DNA of 63,993 bases, filler included, from Craspedostauros australis (GCA_030167865.1; 20 parts of 20 records of this genome joined end to end with filler, not necessarily neighbours in it); one strand, 5' to 3'. Shown: positions 1 through 12,485, counted from the first letter of the whole stretch. The notes: generated by a model not told the origin, from the letters alone. Program-made: numbers and translations.

Positions 1-83
1 CCAAGTGCGTATGAGAGAATAGCGGGTGAACGATGCACATATACACGTACATCTTGATATATACTCACATGTACATCTCGACA
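1..83. repeat. Probable LTR terminus abutting/inserted into the LINE ORF
   Basis: Positions 1-83 resemble 61040-61100 on another contig (GGGTGAxCGATGCACATA...CATCTxGACA). Both end in ...GACA (TGTC on the minus strand). LINE-like protein sequence starts right after. Confidence 0.45.
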
Positions 84-2717
84 GTCAGCACGGATTCAAT
101 TACGGGCAGAATGATATCACTGTCGATCGAACAGGCCAAACTGGAGACCGCAGGAGGAGGGCCTCTGTTTCAGCAAAGCTTCGTGGAGTGCGAGCAGCAC
201 ATAACGACGTCCTGGGTGACGCAAGTGTGGGAGAACGCTCAGCGATTTGGGGTGGCGATAGTCGAAACCGGCGTGTCTATCCAAAAGCAACGGGTTGGGG
301 ACGTATTCCTTCTAGACAGCTGGCGCAACCAAGGCTACGGCGCGTCGCAAAAGCGGGTGCTTAATGAGTGCCGCATGGCGTTGGGGGTGCTTACGTTGGC
401 TGACATGGTGACAGCGGACGGGACTCGAGTTCTGCGTTCGGCGTTCGACGGGCTGTCAGCGGGGGTGCTCCGATCGAGGGGCCATCCACGCATGCCAGCG
501 AAGTTGCCCCGAAGGCATTGGCTGCTATGGCAGGAGTGGATCGAGGGATTCACAGAGGACAGGCACCTCCGTTTGCGGCGCAGAATGCAAGCATGGGTTA
601 GAGAGGACCGGGAGTGGACTTGGTGGAGGGATCCAGATGATGATTCAGTGGCATGGAAGCGGGTAGGAACGGAAATCCAAACGTGGCGTCGAGTGCAGGG
701 CAGGCGGGCACGAAGGTCTGAGTTCCAAGCTACAGCGGAGGTGAGGCCTGCGGTGCCAGCTGGCGCACGACGGACTTCAGCACTGGGCCAAGGTCCCCTT
801 GGGGTGACACTTGAGTCGTTGGAATTGCAGCGTATGGGCGAGACACTGCCAGTCCACCTTCGGCGAGACACGAACGAATCTACACAGTATTGGGAACGAG
901 GCTGCATTTCCGGCGACGCCACGGATGCGGAGCTGCGCGCTGCCCTTCGCAGGGGTGACGTTCTGGCCGTCAGCGACGGGTCGTTCAAACAAGGATTTGG
1001 TACTTCGGCTTACGTGTTGAGCGTGCTTGACACGGGGGTGCAGCGCACAGGACGCAATGTGGTGCCGGGTGCAAGTTCAGTGCAATCCGCGTACCGCAGC
1101 GAGCTAGCGGGGGTGGCAGGAATACTGCGGGAGTTGCTGGAACTAGAACATGGTGGTGACCTGGGGCCGGGACCGGTGGTCATTGGCCTGGACGGATTGA
1201 GGGCAATGGAGAATTGCCGTGACGGGGTGGCCCAGGTGCATCGACCTTCATTTGACTTGCTCGACCACATCAAGGCCCTACGCCAACAGCTGTCCATCGC
1301 GGTGTGCTTCCGGTGGGTCAAAGGGCACCAAGATGACGGCCAGGAGGCGCTGGATCGTTGGGCGGTCCTAAATGTGCACTGTGATTTGGAGGCCAAACGC
1401 CACTGGAGCGCCATGGTGACGAGCACACGACCGACATGGTCTGGGTGTGGGACCTTCCAGTGGAGATTGCGGGTGCAGAGTCCGAAATCGTCCTGGTCGG
1501 CTGCCGACATCCATGACGACATAGTGGGTCGGGTGGTGGATCGATACTGGGCGAAGAAGATGGGGCCGGTTCAGCAGGCCTGTGACTCCGTCGCCTTCCA
1601 AGGGCGTCGAAAGGCTTACGGTCGGGCTTCATGGCAACAACGGCTCTTCGTGGCGAAGATGTCTACCGGCTTTATTGGTGTGGGGGATAAGCTCAAACAA
1701 TATGGGTCCGAGGAGCGATGTCCATGGTGCGGTCAGGCTGAGTCGGTGGTGCATGTGGTACAGTGCTCAGCGTCGGGGCAAGCGTGGGAAACGTGCTTCC
1801 AACAGTATGTGGATGAATTGGAGCTTATTGGCACAAGCGGACCGCTGGTCAGCCAAGTATTCGCAAGCTTACGATCTTTCAGTGGTCGCTCCGTGCGAGA
1901 GGGTTTCAGGGAGGCGACGCCGGTGCGATGGTGGCCAGTGCTGATGGGCTGGATCCCCGACGACTGGTGCGCACAGCAGCAACAGTGGTTTGAGGCATAC
2001 GGCACAGGGAGGAGGTTTTACACCGTGGAAGCGTGGGCAAGGGACGCAATACTTGCAGGCTGGCGGTTTGTAAGTGGGGTGTGGCGATGCCGTAACAGGG
2101 CCAAGAGCATAGCGGCGAAAGCGCAGGCAGAGGCGCAGGCAGCGGCGGACGCCCTTCAGGAGGAGAGTGAGCGAGCTACAGGTTTCGCGGCGTGGGGCCG
2201 GCTGGACAGAGCGGTGGCTATGCAGCGGCTGTGCGGTTCTGGGGCAGGCAGGTCCGATTCTCGAGCAGCGTGGCTTGGGTTTGTGCGGGCGGTACGGGAG
2301 GAGTCCGGTGAAACCGACGGCGGCGGCGCAGGGCAGGCGATACCGGGTATGGCCGGCACAGCTTCGCCAACAGGGTCCAGGGATGCCGATGCACCGAGGG
2401 GACCGAACCAGTGGAATGGCAGAATGACACCATCCCCAGCCTCTGGCTGGGCATGGTTGGAGATTAGGCAGCAGGTTCCGACGACGATGCGGCAGACAGC
2501 CCACGCCCCAGCCAAAGGCGCTCTGGCCCGTACCCGGGCCGCCCCGGCGGCCCGGGTACGGACAGAACACCTTTGGCTGGGGCAGTGGGCTGTTACTGCC
2601 TTTACAGGCGGCTACAAGTATGAGGAGGGGACAGGTGGTTCTTCGGCCCGGCGTCGTGGACGTGGGCGGGGGATACGAGGACCTGCATTTGCGCGTGGTG
2701 GGCGCGGCTGTTTGTGA
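84..2717 (+). mobile_element. Non-LTR retrotransposon ORF2, 3' part (post-RT region, RNase H, C-terminal zinc knuckle); Ambal-like diatom LINE
   Basis: RNase H motifs VSDGSFK, AYRSELAG, IGLDG, WVKGHQDD, NVHCDLEAK; Cys/His knuckle CPWC..E...HVVQC; no introns. The Ambal assignment is from memory of diatom LINE architecture. Confidence 0.8.
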
Positions 2718-3326
2718 TACTCGGCCAGGCCGTGGCTGTACAGCACGGGCCGGCGAGTCTAAAGCCCTCGGGGCATCCCTTTATTGGGTTAGTCATTGTG
2801 GTTATTATTATTGGTCTGCTGTGTTCTTCGTTTCATCCTGATGCGGATTTGTGTTCGTGTGCGTTGCGATGTGGAGCGATTTTGAAACGTGCTTCTGAAT
2901 CATGAGTCCGCTCAACTCCAATTCGAAATACGAATGGTGTACATGTTTAGGCATATTTGTGAGTTGCGTGGAAATATAACTTTATGTGGTTTTACGCCAT
3001 TCGGACATTGCAGGTACGCATGTACAACTGGGACACCCAAGCAATCCAATTTCAACATGCACGACTTGGGCATCAAGCTATATTTTTCAAACACGAAACA
3101 AAGACGGAAAAAGAGAAATCGTGTGCACAATCGCCACAAGAGGAACAACAACAACGACAACATCGACGCCATGCAACGAGCAACAGGTATGCATACCATT
3201 TCCAAGCCGGAACGAGAAGAACGCCAGTGACAGCACCAGGCTCAACTACATCAGCAACTTGGATGGATCGTTGAAGGCTCTGCGCTCTTGTGATCGGCTC
3301 AAGTAATCTCGGCCAGCGAAACAGAC

Positions 3327-4181
3327 ATGTCGAACGATAGCGGCGATGATGATGGAGTGCAATGGTCATGCTGCAATGACACGCAAAGCCTCTTCCTGCT
3401 CTTCTACGTAGCATTCGTCGCGTTGGCGTGGCTGACGTGGAATTCGGTGGTGGCCAAGCCGATGCGGCTCATGGCGGTCTTCGTGCACGAATGGTGCCAC
3501 GCCGTGGCGTGCTGGATGACCGGCGGCAGCGTGCACGCCATCGAGGTCTACGAAAACGAAGGAGGCGTGACGCGGTACCGAGGCGGATGCCGGTGCCTCA
3601 TCATCCCGGCGGGATACGTCGGCTGCGCCATGTGGGCCATGATTCTCGTCGTCATGTCGGGAGGTCGGAGGCTGGCAACGTTCGCGGCCGCCGTGTTTTC
3701 AATATCGTTGCTGACGACACTGTGCACGTCGCCGAATCGACTGCTGGTGTACATCTCGCTGGGATACACCGTCGTCACTGTGGCGGCCATCGCCATCGAA
3801 TGGTACGTCTTCACGCCCATCGTGCAGTACCTCGTGCTGTACTACGGCGTGACGGTGGGCATCTTCGCAATTGCCGACATATACGCGGACACGGTGCTGC
3901 GAAACATCCAGGGCAGCGACTCCTACGCATGCTCGCACGAGGTGTGCATTTGCTGCCATGCGAGATGCATCGGCGTGCAGTGGGCCGCGCTTGCGATCAT
4001 CTTCCAGATACTTGGCATCTGGATCGCTCTGGTCCAAATGTCCAACGAGTGCGACGATCTGAGTTGGTTCCGGTGCATGCGGCTATCTTGGGGAGACGAC
4101 CTCATCGATTCCTGGGACAGCCTCTGGGACGGTGATCGCAATTGGGAATTCGATGGATTCTGGTCAGGGAACGGACACTGA
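3327..4181 (+). CDS. Peptidase M50B-like membrane metalloprotease
   Basis: HEWCH (HExxH) in FVHEWCHAVACWMTGG, then EGGVT and PAGYVG; several hydrophobic helices; late SDS motif; single 284-aa exon. Confidence 0.85.
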   Translation: MSNDSGDDDGVQWSCCNDTQSLFLLFYVAFVALAWLTWNSVVAKPMRLMAVFVHEWCHAVACWMTGGSVHAIEVYENEGGVTRYRGGCRCLIIPAGYVGCAMWAMILVVMSGGRRLATFAAAVFSISLLTTLCTSPNRLLVYISLGYTVVTVAAIAIEWYVFTPIVQYLVLYYGVTVGIFAIADIYADTVLRNIQGSDSYACSHEVCICCHARCIGVQWAALAIIFQILGIWIALVQMSNECDDLSWFRCMRLSWGDDLIDSWDSLWDGDRNWEFDGFWSGNGH

Positions 4182-4834
4182 GTGCCCACCAAGCTTCATG
4201 CCCGTTCCATACATCAGCGTTGACCCAAGAAATTTCCATCAGATCGTGTGGGCCTGCTGCTTTTGCCTTGCCACCATCCACGACGTTCACGATGATGTTC
4301 TAAAGGTTACCTCTGCTGTCTAACCATTGCGGAGAGCAGTGACGACAGCGACACGCAGTATCAGCGAACATCAATCCACATCAATCTCCAATGATGGCAT
4401 GGCACCCAGTATTTGCTGATGAGACAGTCGGAGATCGTCTCGAACTGGAGGCATGCTTGCTGTTGTGAGCATACCGCGTGCTGTGTTGCTCCAACGCCGC
4501 AATGAATGAAGACCTTCCATGATCCTTCTACCGTGAACTTCGCTTATTGGTACGAGTGCAGTACCAATTGCTGCAATATTTTCTTCGTCGATTTTCTCGG
4601 CTGGGATAGGCGAAACGCGGTTCATTAAACGATGCTTTGTGCGACACCTTGAGTCGGAATCATACGCTCTCCCTTACTCTGCTTCACCCTACTTTGATGG
4701 CACACTCGAATGTCAAAGATGAAAACGTACCATCAATTAAATATAGAATAGAATGATGCACAGCTCGTCTGGAATATGAGTACTGCAAACCACATTGCCA
4801 ATTGCATGTATGCCGGCCTTGCCCAATAGATTCA

Positions 4835-7513
4835 TCACACCGAAAAGACGATCGGATCGAAGTCGAGACTCTCGCCGAAGGAGGTATTGAGATCGGATTC
4901 AGCCCCATACGACATGGACGATCCTGATTTAACGAAACCCCCTTCCATTGATGCCCCGTTTGCCTGCACGCGTCTGTCGTGCTGGTCGATGTACGTGCCT
5001 GAATGATCGCCGCTACCATCGTTATCGCCCATGTCTTCCAACGTCTCCATGGCCTCCAGCACATGATCAATGGCATCGCACAGCTGATCGTTGTTGTTGT
5101 TGTTGCTGCTGCTGTTGTTTGCGTTCGTTGTGGTGTTCGCGTTCGTGTCTGAGTGATTGGCTGTTGCAGCAGCGCTCCTCACACCGGAATGATTGGCTGT
5201 GTGGTCTGTGCTCTGGTTTGAGGAGTCATGCGGCTGCGCCTCGTATTGGGATGATGTATGTTGGGCGTGCTTGTTCCGATTGTGCATCACGATGCTTCCA
5301 GCGCATGTTGCCGTGTCGATACTGAATTCGGACATCTTCACATTGGCATTGCTCAGAGTCTGCGGTGGTGTTGGGTCACGCAGCGCCGGCATCATCTGCA
5401 GCGGCATGCCTGTTGGTATCGTCAATCAGAGCGAGTATTAGTAGATGGATGATGAAGATGGATGGTTTGTGGAGAGGGGGTGTGAGTGGATGGCCTTGGT
5501 ATTCATAAGTTTGGTATTCCATGGAGACAGTCGTCCGATTGTACAATACTCGTCTGTGAAATACTCGTCTATGAAACACCCGTCTTCTTCTGCGCTGGTT
5601 ATTCGCAGATTCTGCTCATCGGAAGGAAGTAGAAACAGACCATAGTGATGATCATCGTCGTAATCATAATCACAATGGTGGTGGTGGTGCTCACTTACCT
5701 TTGTACTGGTACTGGTACTCGTATGGATTTGATGGTTGCAGCATCGTGTGTTTCGTCGTGGAATACTCGCCGATCTTGCTGACGCTCTTGTTTCTTGTCG
5801 ATTGATGGAGATGAACACCGACAGCATCACCAGCACACATGTGATGATCAGTATCCAACGATGCTGGTGCTGATGCGGATGCTGGCGACGATACAGTCAT
5901 AGAAGTTGGCACCGACATCGATCTGGGCCGAGATCCCGATGTCGAGGTCACCATCGACATTGCTGCTGATCTTGTCTTGGAAAGCTCTGCCATGTACGCG
6001 GAGGAGAGGGATTTGAGACTGTCCGCCAGGCTTGTCTCCTGTGTGTCTTCCGTGCTGTCCTTCCTATTTCCGTTGGTGGTGGTCGCAGCGGTGGCATCAG
6101 CGCCAGCTGAGACACCTGTGAAGGTCAAGGTAGAAGTGGGCATTGCCATCGACATTGGCATGCGCAACGGACTTGGCGTCGGCATGGACATGGTGGACAT
6201 GGATGTCGAGTTGGGAACGACTCCGGTTGATCGCCTCCTGTGTTGGCGACTGATGTGAGCGCCAGCAGAAGCGACAGAGACATCGGTAGTGCTTGAAGTG
6301 TTCTCACTGTGTCTGCGTGTGTGCCTCATCCTTGCGCTCACTGTGTCGTTGTTCATGTCTTCGTCGACATCACCAGCGCCGATGGGAGAAGCCGGCACAA
6401 GATCTGGCACTGGCTCCATCGTGTAAAAGTCAGGCTCCGACTGCGGAGATGATGACTTCCTGATCCACGTTCCCTTGATGCGGGTGCGTTGCAGGTAGGC
6501 ACATAGGAAGGTGCGTCCCCGAAGGAACAGCTCGTGGTAGTAACCGCCACGGTCTGGTGTGGTGTTGCTCGTCAACCTTGTGAAACCGTACAGGCTGAGC
6601 TGACGCTGGAAGGAGGACATCTTGGAGTGCTTGAAGTAGGTGGGGAGCACCGTGACAGCGAACTGCTTGGGGTTGTGGATGAGGAAAGCACGTCCGTGCG
6701 GTTGCCAGCTGACGATGACTTCGTGTCCCCGCTTGGATGCATCCTCGAGCATCTGGTGGAGGATGAAGGGGAAGGGGGTTTGGACACCGCCGCGGACGGT
6801 GGTGGGAAGCTGGAGCTGCAGATGCTGGCGGATGGTGCTGGCTGACATGTTGCTGCTGCTGTTGTTGCTGTTGTTGCCTTTGCCGCCCTTGTTGCGATTG
6901 GCGGTCTTTGAGTTGGGCAAAGATAAGGATGCCATGGCTTGCTGCGGCGTGATGTATGAATAGTCATGGTAGTTGTGGGTTGCGTAGTGTCGTTTGAAGC
7001 CTTTGTGCGTGTAAGGTCCAGTTCGTCTGTTGGTTCGTTTGAAGCCACAGTCGTCGACGTCTGTGTTGACGTTTGCATCAGTATCATCGTTTGTTGCTTT
7101 GGAAGGAGGAGGAAGAGGAGGAGGAGACGCAACAGCGGATGAGTCGCGGGATGCTGCTTTGCGGCGGCCGTGGCGCTGTTGGCTGTGGCTACTTCGACTA
7201 TTGCTTCTGCTTCTGCTTCTGCTTGCACTGTTTGCCTTGGTCTTCTTCGCGTTGGTATGTGTCGATGTGTGTGTTGGTGTGGACATCGATATGGGGGATG
7301 CAGATCCATCAGAGAAGTCTGACACTTCGTGGAGTGAAGATGTCCGTGACTTCGTCCTGCCCGCAACGTTGCTGTTGTTGTGGTTTGTGAAGCTGCTGGT
7401 GGCGGTGGTGGCGCCATCTGCATCCGCAGTTGGACCTGCGTTGGCATTGGAGTTCGGGTTCGAGCTGGTGCTCGTTGTTCTGGCCAAAGCATCGAACCCG
7501 TCTTCCGCGGTTG
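4835..7513 (-). CDS. Heat shock factor (HSF)-type transcription factor, 2 exons seen (7513-5699, 5409-4835), 5' end truncated by spacer
   Basis: HSF DNA-binding domain PFPFILHQML..IVSWQPHGRAF..YFKHSK..SFQRQLSLYGF..YYHELFLRG. Donor AG|GTAAGT at 5698; branch-like TACTAAT and CAACAG acceptor at 5410 join the two ORFs in frame. Confidence 0.85.
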
Positions 7514-7613
7514 NNNNNNNNNNNNNNNNNNNNNNNNNNNNNNNNNNNNNNNNNNNNTTAATTAATTAANNNNNNNNNNNNNNNNNNNNNNNNNNNNNNN
7601 NNNNNNNNNNNNN
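7514..7613. other. Artificial contig spacer N44-TTAATTAATTAA-N44 (first of 19)
   Basis: Identical 100-bp spacers with stops in all six frames start at 7514, 8929, 10118, 27706, 30350, 34156, 35517, 40034, 45174, 46304, 47653, 48834, 50092, 51480, 54866, 56795, 58853, 60044, 62300. Confidence 0.99.
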
Positions 7614-8928
7614 CCGAGCCGAGACGAAGCAGCTCAAAGCCTCGCTCAACAAGTCATCCGGCAAGCGAGCAAACAACAAGAAAGACAACAAAGGGACAGC
7701 TCGCCACAAGCGCAGCAACCACCCTCTTGCCAATCGCGATCCGCCAAAGGGCAATGATCCCAAGCACTTCGTCCATCAAGGGACAACCTTCCACTGGTGT
7801 GACAACCACAAGGCATGGGGCAAGCACAAGACATCCGACTGTCGCGCCCGATCCGGCAAGAACGCTGACTCCTCTGGGAAGAAGCGCCAGCACGACAAGA
7901 AATCGTCCTCGTCCAAATCCGTCAAGGTCCATGCCAAGTCAGCTCCTCACGTCCACTTTGACGACAGCGATGGCCACTACGACAGTAGCCAGCATTCCAC
8001 TCCCAGCGATGGAAACGTCAGTGAGAACTGACATGAAGGCACGCCCATCCAGTCAATGTTATCAGTCACAGCACTGCAAGGCATCTCCGCGATGCAGACG
8101 ACATTGCATCAGATGGGTGATGTGCCAATCGGAATCGACACCTGCACGTCGGCCACAGTCTCTGGACAACGTGGTGACTTCAGTAACGATCTTCAGCCAG
8201 TCCGCGGCATGGCCATACAAGGAGTTGGAGGGTCCATCCCCATCCAATCCAAGGGCACACTATCCTGGACCATACTCGACGATGACGGCCAGCCACTGCG
8301 GATAAAGATAGCCAACGCTTACTACGCGCCACGGCTTCGTATTCGACTGTTCTGTCCACAGCAATGGTCAGACCAAGGTCCTCGCAATCATCACGGCAGG
8401 CACCTGCGTACCTGCACAACCTACGGCAACCACACAGTCCTGCGCTCTTCGCGTCACAAGGTAACTGTCTACCATCATCCTGGCACCAACCTGCCTCTGA
8501 TGTCCGTCATCCACGCCAAACGACATGCGCCAGCATTCCTCGCTACCTCCAGTCCTCCAAGCGACTCTGAACTTCTCAACATCACCGACATCCCAGATGA
8601 CATGATGGAGGTTCATGAAGACCCCAAGCTCGCCGAGTTGAGGCCCGATCCTCTCCAAGACAACAACACACTGGTCCGTGATCAGTCGGCAACACATCCT
8701 GTTGGTGCATCCGATGCACAGGGACAGCTACTCCGGTGGCACCATCGCTTGGGGCACCTTCCCTTCCGTGTCTTGCGCAACATGGCATCACACGGAATCA
8801 TACCACGGCACTTGGCCAAGGCCGAGTTCCCTCTCTGCTCTGGATGCATCTATGGCAAAGCCGTCCGCCGGCGCAAGCCAAATCGCATCACACGCGTCGT
8901 CAAGCGAGCGCGATTCCCAGGGCACATC
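7614..8928 (+). mobile_element. Ty1/Copia retrotransposon fragment: gag C-terminus, protease, GAG-pre-integrase
   Basis: Gag knuckle WCDNHKAWGKHKTSDC; protease-like IGIDTCTS; pre-integrase LLRWHHRLGHLPF..CSGCIYGK. Confidence 0.85.
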
Positions 8929-9028
8929 NNNNNNNNNNNNNNNNNNNNNNNNNNNNNNNNNNNNNNNNNNNNTTAATTAATTAANNNNNNNNNNNNNNNN
9001 NNNNNNNNNNNNNNNNNNNNNNNNNNNN

Positions 9029-10117
9029 CACGCAGTGGGGTGTCATGTTTGCGTTGGGGTCTGTTTTTTTGCCATCTGGACCCCTCCTGAGAGGCCGGAG
9101 AAGTGCTTTTAAGACCCACTCGAGTGAACGAAGGTGCAGTCGTGCCTGATAGTGACTTAAACTTTAACAAAATAAGCACATATTCGGAATCTACGTAAAA
9201 TTCTGTCGAGGGATATTTAATTTAAAAATCGGGAGAGTTGTGGATCAAAAGTTATAGACCTTGCAATAGTTTTGGTCTTCGGCCGTTGTAGACCTTCCTT
9301 AGACTTCGCCGGGTATTGCCAAAACTCGCTGATGATGTCACACCTGTTCCTATTTTGAATTATTTGTCGCTTGCAATCTGGTTCTGACACGATTCACAAT
9401 TTCCCACGTCACATTTTCCTTCAATGTTACCGCACTTTCGACTGTTTGTTTTGCCGCATGTGGATGCAAATCATCATGAATTTACTGCAACATTTCGTTT
9501 TCCTTGGCTTTGCACCGTCCAACTTCTTCTTCGTCACAACCAGAATCATGCAGCATTAGTTGCGCACTGGCGCTCGCAGTCATACTTACCATTGTGCACT
9601 CCATCGTTTCAGCGGTTTTTGACTTCTTTTCTTGTTTTTTACTTGAGATAGTCTGTGATGAGGTATGCTTTACTCTCAGTGGTGATACTTGTAGTTGAGC
9701 GTACCAGTCTGTTTTCACCCGTTCCATCGCCATCAGTTGTCGGTGTGNGTCGTNCTCCGACATTCTGTTCCTCGAGTCATGGCAAGCAAGTACGCAGATT
9801 TTGTTCAGCTCTGCCAACAAATAGTCAGGGATAGGTTCAAACGATCGAGTCTTCTTTGCGGCGCAACCCGGTGTTGTAACAGGAGGAAGATCCATAGCAG
9901 CAGTTGTATCCTTCCACATTGCGTCGTGACCAGCAGTTTCCATGAGGTTGTTGCAAAGGGCTGTTTTGAATACATTCGCTTCACCCTGTTTCACACTCTT
10001 CTGGGCTTTACGCCTCATCTTTGCCTGTTTTGTATCCACTGGTACTGGTTGGCGTGACTACTTGTGGTCTTCCTTCACTGTCGTGCCAAGTTCGTTCACA
10101 ACGGAGCACTCCCAAGC
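9029..10117 (-). mobile_element. Possible degenerate DNA-transposon end with broken ORF (9482-10039)
   Basis: AT-rich terminal region starting CACGCAGTGGGG and containing TCAAAAGTTAT; ORF appears to be interrupted by a stop; no diagnostic transposase motif recognised. Confidence 0.25.
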
Positions 10118-10217
10118 NNNNNNNNNNNNNNNNNNNNNNNNNNNNNNNNNNNNNNNNNNNNTTAATTAATTAANNNNNNNNNNNNNNNNNNNNNNNNNNN
10201 NNNNNNNNNNNNNNNNN

Positions 10218-10475
10218 ATTCTGGAAGGATACTACGCCGGTCACAAGAAGGGGAACCTGTTCTTCGACAGTGCCTGTGAACACTTCCAAAATGTGCCTCC
10301 AGCGTCCACAGTGGCAAATCTCTGCGCTCAGATTGCTGGTTTCAATATGGCTGTCATGGACGGAGATACTGTCAATGCAAAGGGAGCAGTAGACTTTGTC
10401 AAGGCCAACGTGTTCAAGATTGCGGCAGGCGAAGCATCCATTTGTCCAACTCCGCCTGGTTGCATTATTCGTTGA
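10218..10475 (+). CDS. 3' end of unknown protein, paralogue of 29270-30349
   Basis: Frame is open from the contig edge: ILEGYYAGHKKGNLFFDSAC..MDGDTVNAKGAVDFVKAN..SICPTPPGCIIR*. It aligns by eye to the C-terminus of the 29270 ORF. Confidence 0.75.
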   Translation: MLEGYYAGHKKGNLFFDSACEHFQNVPPASTVANLCAQIAGFNMAVMDGDTVNAKGAVDFVKANVFKIAAGEASICPTPPGCIIR

Positions 10476-11579
10476 TCCCATCCCATCAAAGCCAAGGACA
10501 GTCCATACGAGCACGAGCATATCTACTCGTATTAATACATTCTGTTATGAAATACTTCGTATTGTGTTATTTATCTGTTATGGATCATGCTACAAGTGCC
10601 ATGGAAGACTAGACTGGAGTAGAGTAGAGTGAATACACATGATGTCGGCAGCGCGATGCCACAGTATGATTTGAGAATGCCTTGACATCCGCCCTGCTGC
10701 GTCTCTGTGTCACGCGCAAGATCACATGCGTCACTATGCTCGTATTGAGTACGACTAGTCGTATGTATTATATACCCCAGCGAAAGAGCATCACATTCCA
10801 ATCCCCCCAGGTGGAGCAGTCTCTTTCATGGAGTGCTCTCGGCAGCTCCAAGAGACTTGCGCAGTGGTGTGTCGCTCTGCCAGCATCATACTATACATAC
10901 TCGCAGCTCGAAGTGATGATCCATGGCCTCCATCCACGCCCGTGTCCCGCACCTCGTCAACCTTTCTGGTGCCTTGCGCGCTGAGATGGCCATGGAGTGT
11001 GTTGCATCCTCTGAGGCTTCCACACGAAGCAGCACGTGTGGAGTATCCACCAAAGAGATGTCGGGGTCACAAGGTCCTCTCTTACTCCGATGCAAAGTTC
11101 GTTGCTGTTGCTGTTGCTGTTTCTCCTTGGACAAGCGACTTCGATTTTGTGGCCAACGGGAGGTCAAATTTGGGTTGCATCCCGCTTGTAACGGCAATTG
11201 GAGTTTGTCGTTAGCTGAATTAGGCGACACATCCATGTTTGTGACACGCTTCATCTGCATTTTCCCACGTTAAAATCCCACCAAAATTTGTCAGCCACGC
11301 CCAAAAAGTTGAAATCCCGCGAGGACTGTGGACCTCCACGCTGTGTTCTTGTCACGCCACGCCATGAACGGAAACAACGGTGGCGGTGCTGGTGGTGACA
11401 ACAGTGGCAATGGGAAAGATGCGAAGGTAGGCGGAGGATGATGGGGTGTCCACGATGACCTCTTTCCCATGTTGTTTGCATGACCATTACACGATCTTGG
11501 GTGGGACTCTTCCACCACACAATGTTATTCACATTGTTCCAACCATCGCACTCCACTCGCACATACCAGCACTAGCACG

Positions 11580-12485
11580 GTGACAGGCAACATGACAAGC
11601 ACCATGACAAGCAAGGAAGTCCACGTTGCCATGCCACTGGAGTATGCGGAAGTCATCGATGATAGCAAGTCCATGGCCGTTCCGTTGCTGGAAGCCGGTC
11701 GATCACGACGCAGAAAGAACGTCGATGTGAAGACCATCCACAAGCATCACCATCTCCGCGACAGTGATGGTGATCCAAATCGCAGCATCAGTAGTAGCAG
11801 CAGCAGCAGCAGCAAGACGGTTGATCTGGACAACGACGATGACCATGTTGACCACGATGATGGCAACGAACCCGATCTGCGATTCGATGTCGAGGCCATT
11901 GATCATTCGGCCCGCACGCGAATCATCCGAATTGCCGGATTGTTCATCGGATTTGCAACGCAGGTCCTCAGTCTCTTGGCGTACGGACGACTCCTGGTGG
12001 CCTTTCCGACCGAAGAGGCGCCCGTGGAGAAGATGTCCACGAAGTTCGTGGAGTACTGGATGCTGCAGATCGCCTCCAGGCTCGATCTGGTCATGTACGG
12101 CTGCATTTGGACGGCGATCGTTCTGTCCATCACCGACGTCGGCGTGCGGTTCCTCCTGCTCGCCCTGCATCCGCGACTCGACTTGACGTCCTACGATCCT
12201 CCCAGCCTGCGGCGATTGGCACACATGATGGGCGTCAACTACTTCGTCGGCTCGGTGGTAGGGAATCTGCTGGCATGGCTGCAGATGGATTGGATGCTGG
12301 GATTCCCAATCGCATTGGTGCCCATCGGCATCATAACCGCCTTCGATCTGTCGCTTTGCTTCCTTTTGATCTGGTGTTTCCGCGTGCTCAATCCGACCAA
12401 GGCACAGCAGCAGCAACAGCAGCAGCAGGGAGGTGATGGTGACGACACTGCACTAGAATACGATCGCAGCACGGCGATCGTGTAA
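11580..12485 (+). CDS. Unknown multi-pass membrane protein (about 4 TM)
   Basis: 301-aa ORF with coding-like codon usage, a low-complexity N-terminus, four hydrophobic segments and a poly-Q tail. Confidence 0.7.
   Translation: MTGNMTSTMTSKEVHVAMPLEYAEVIDDSKSMAVPLLEAGRSRRRKNVDVKTIHKHHHLRDSDGDPNRSISSSSSSSSKTVDLDNDDDHVDHDDGNEPDLRFDVEAIDHSARTRIIRIAGLFIGFATQVLSLLAYGRLLVAFPTEEAPVEKMSTKFVEYWMLQIASRLDLVMYGCIWTAIVLSITDVGVRFLLLALHPRLDLTSYDPPSLRRLAHMMGVNYFVGSVVGNLLAWLQMDWMLGFPIALVPIGIITAFDLSLCFLLIWCFRVLNPTKAQQQQQQQQGGDGDDTALEYDRSTAIV

Noticed and set aside
4371..4625. 84-aa minus-strand ORF
   Set aside because: Short, no motif, lies between convergent genes.
10828..11562. Several overlapping 100-130 aa ORFs
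   Set aside because: No motifs or consistent coding frame; likely intergenic or UTR.
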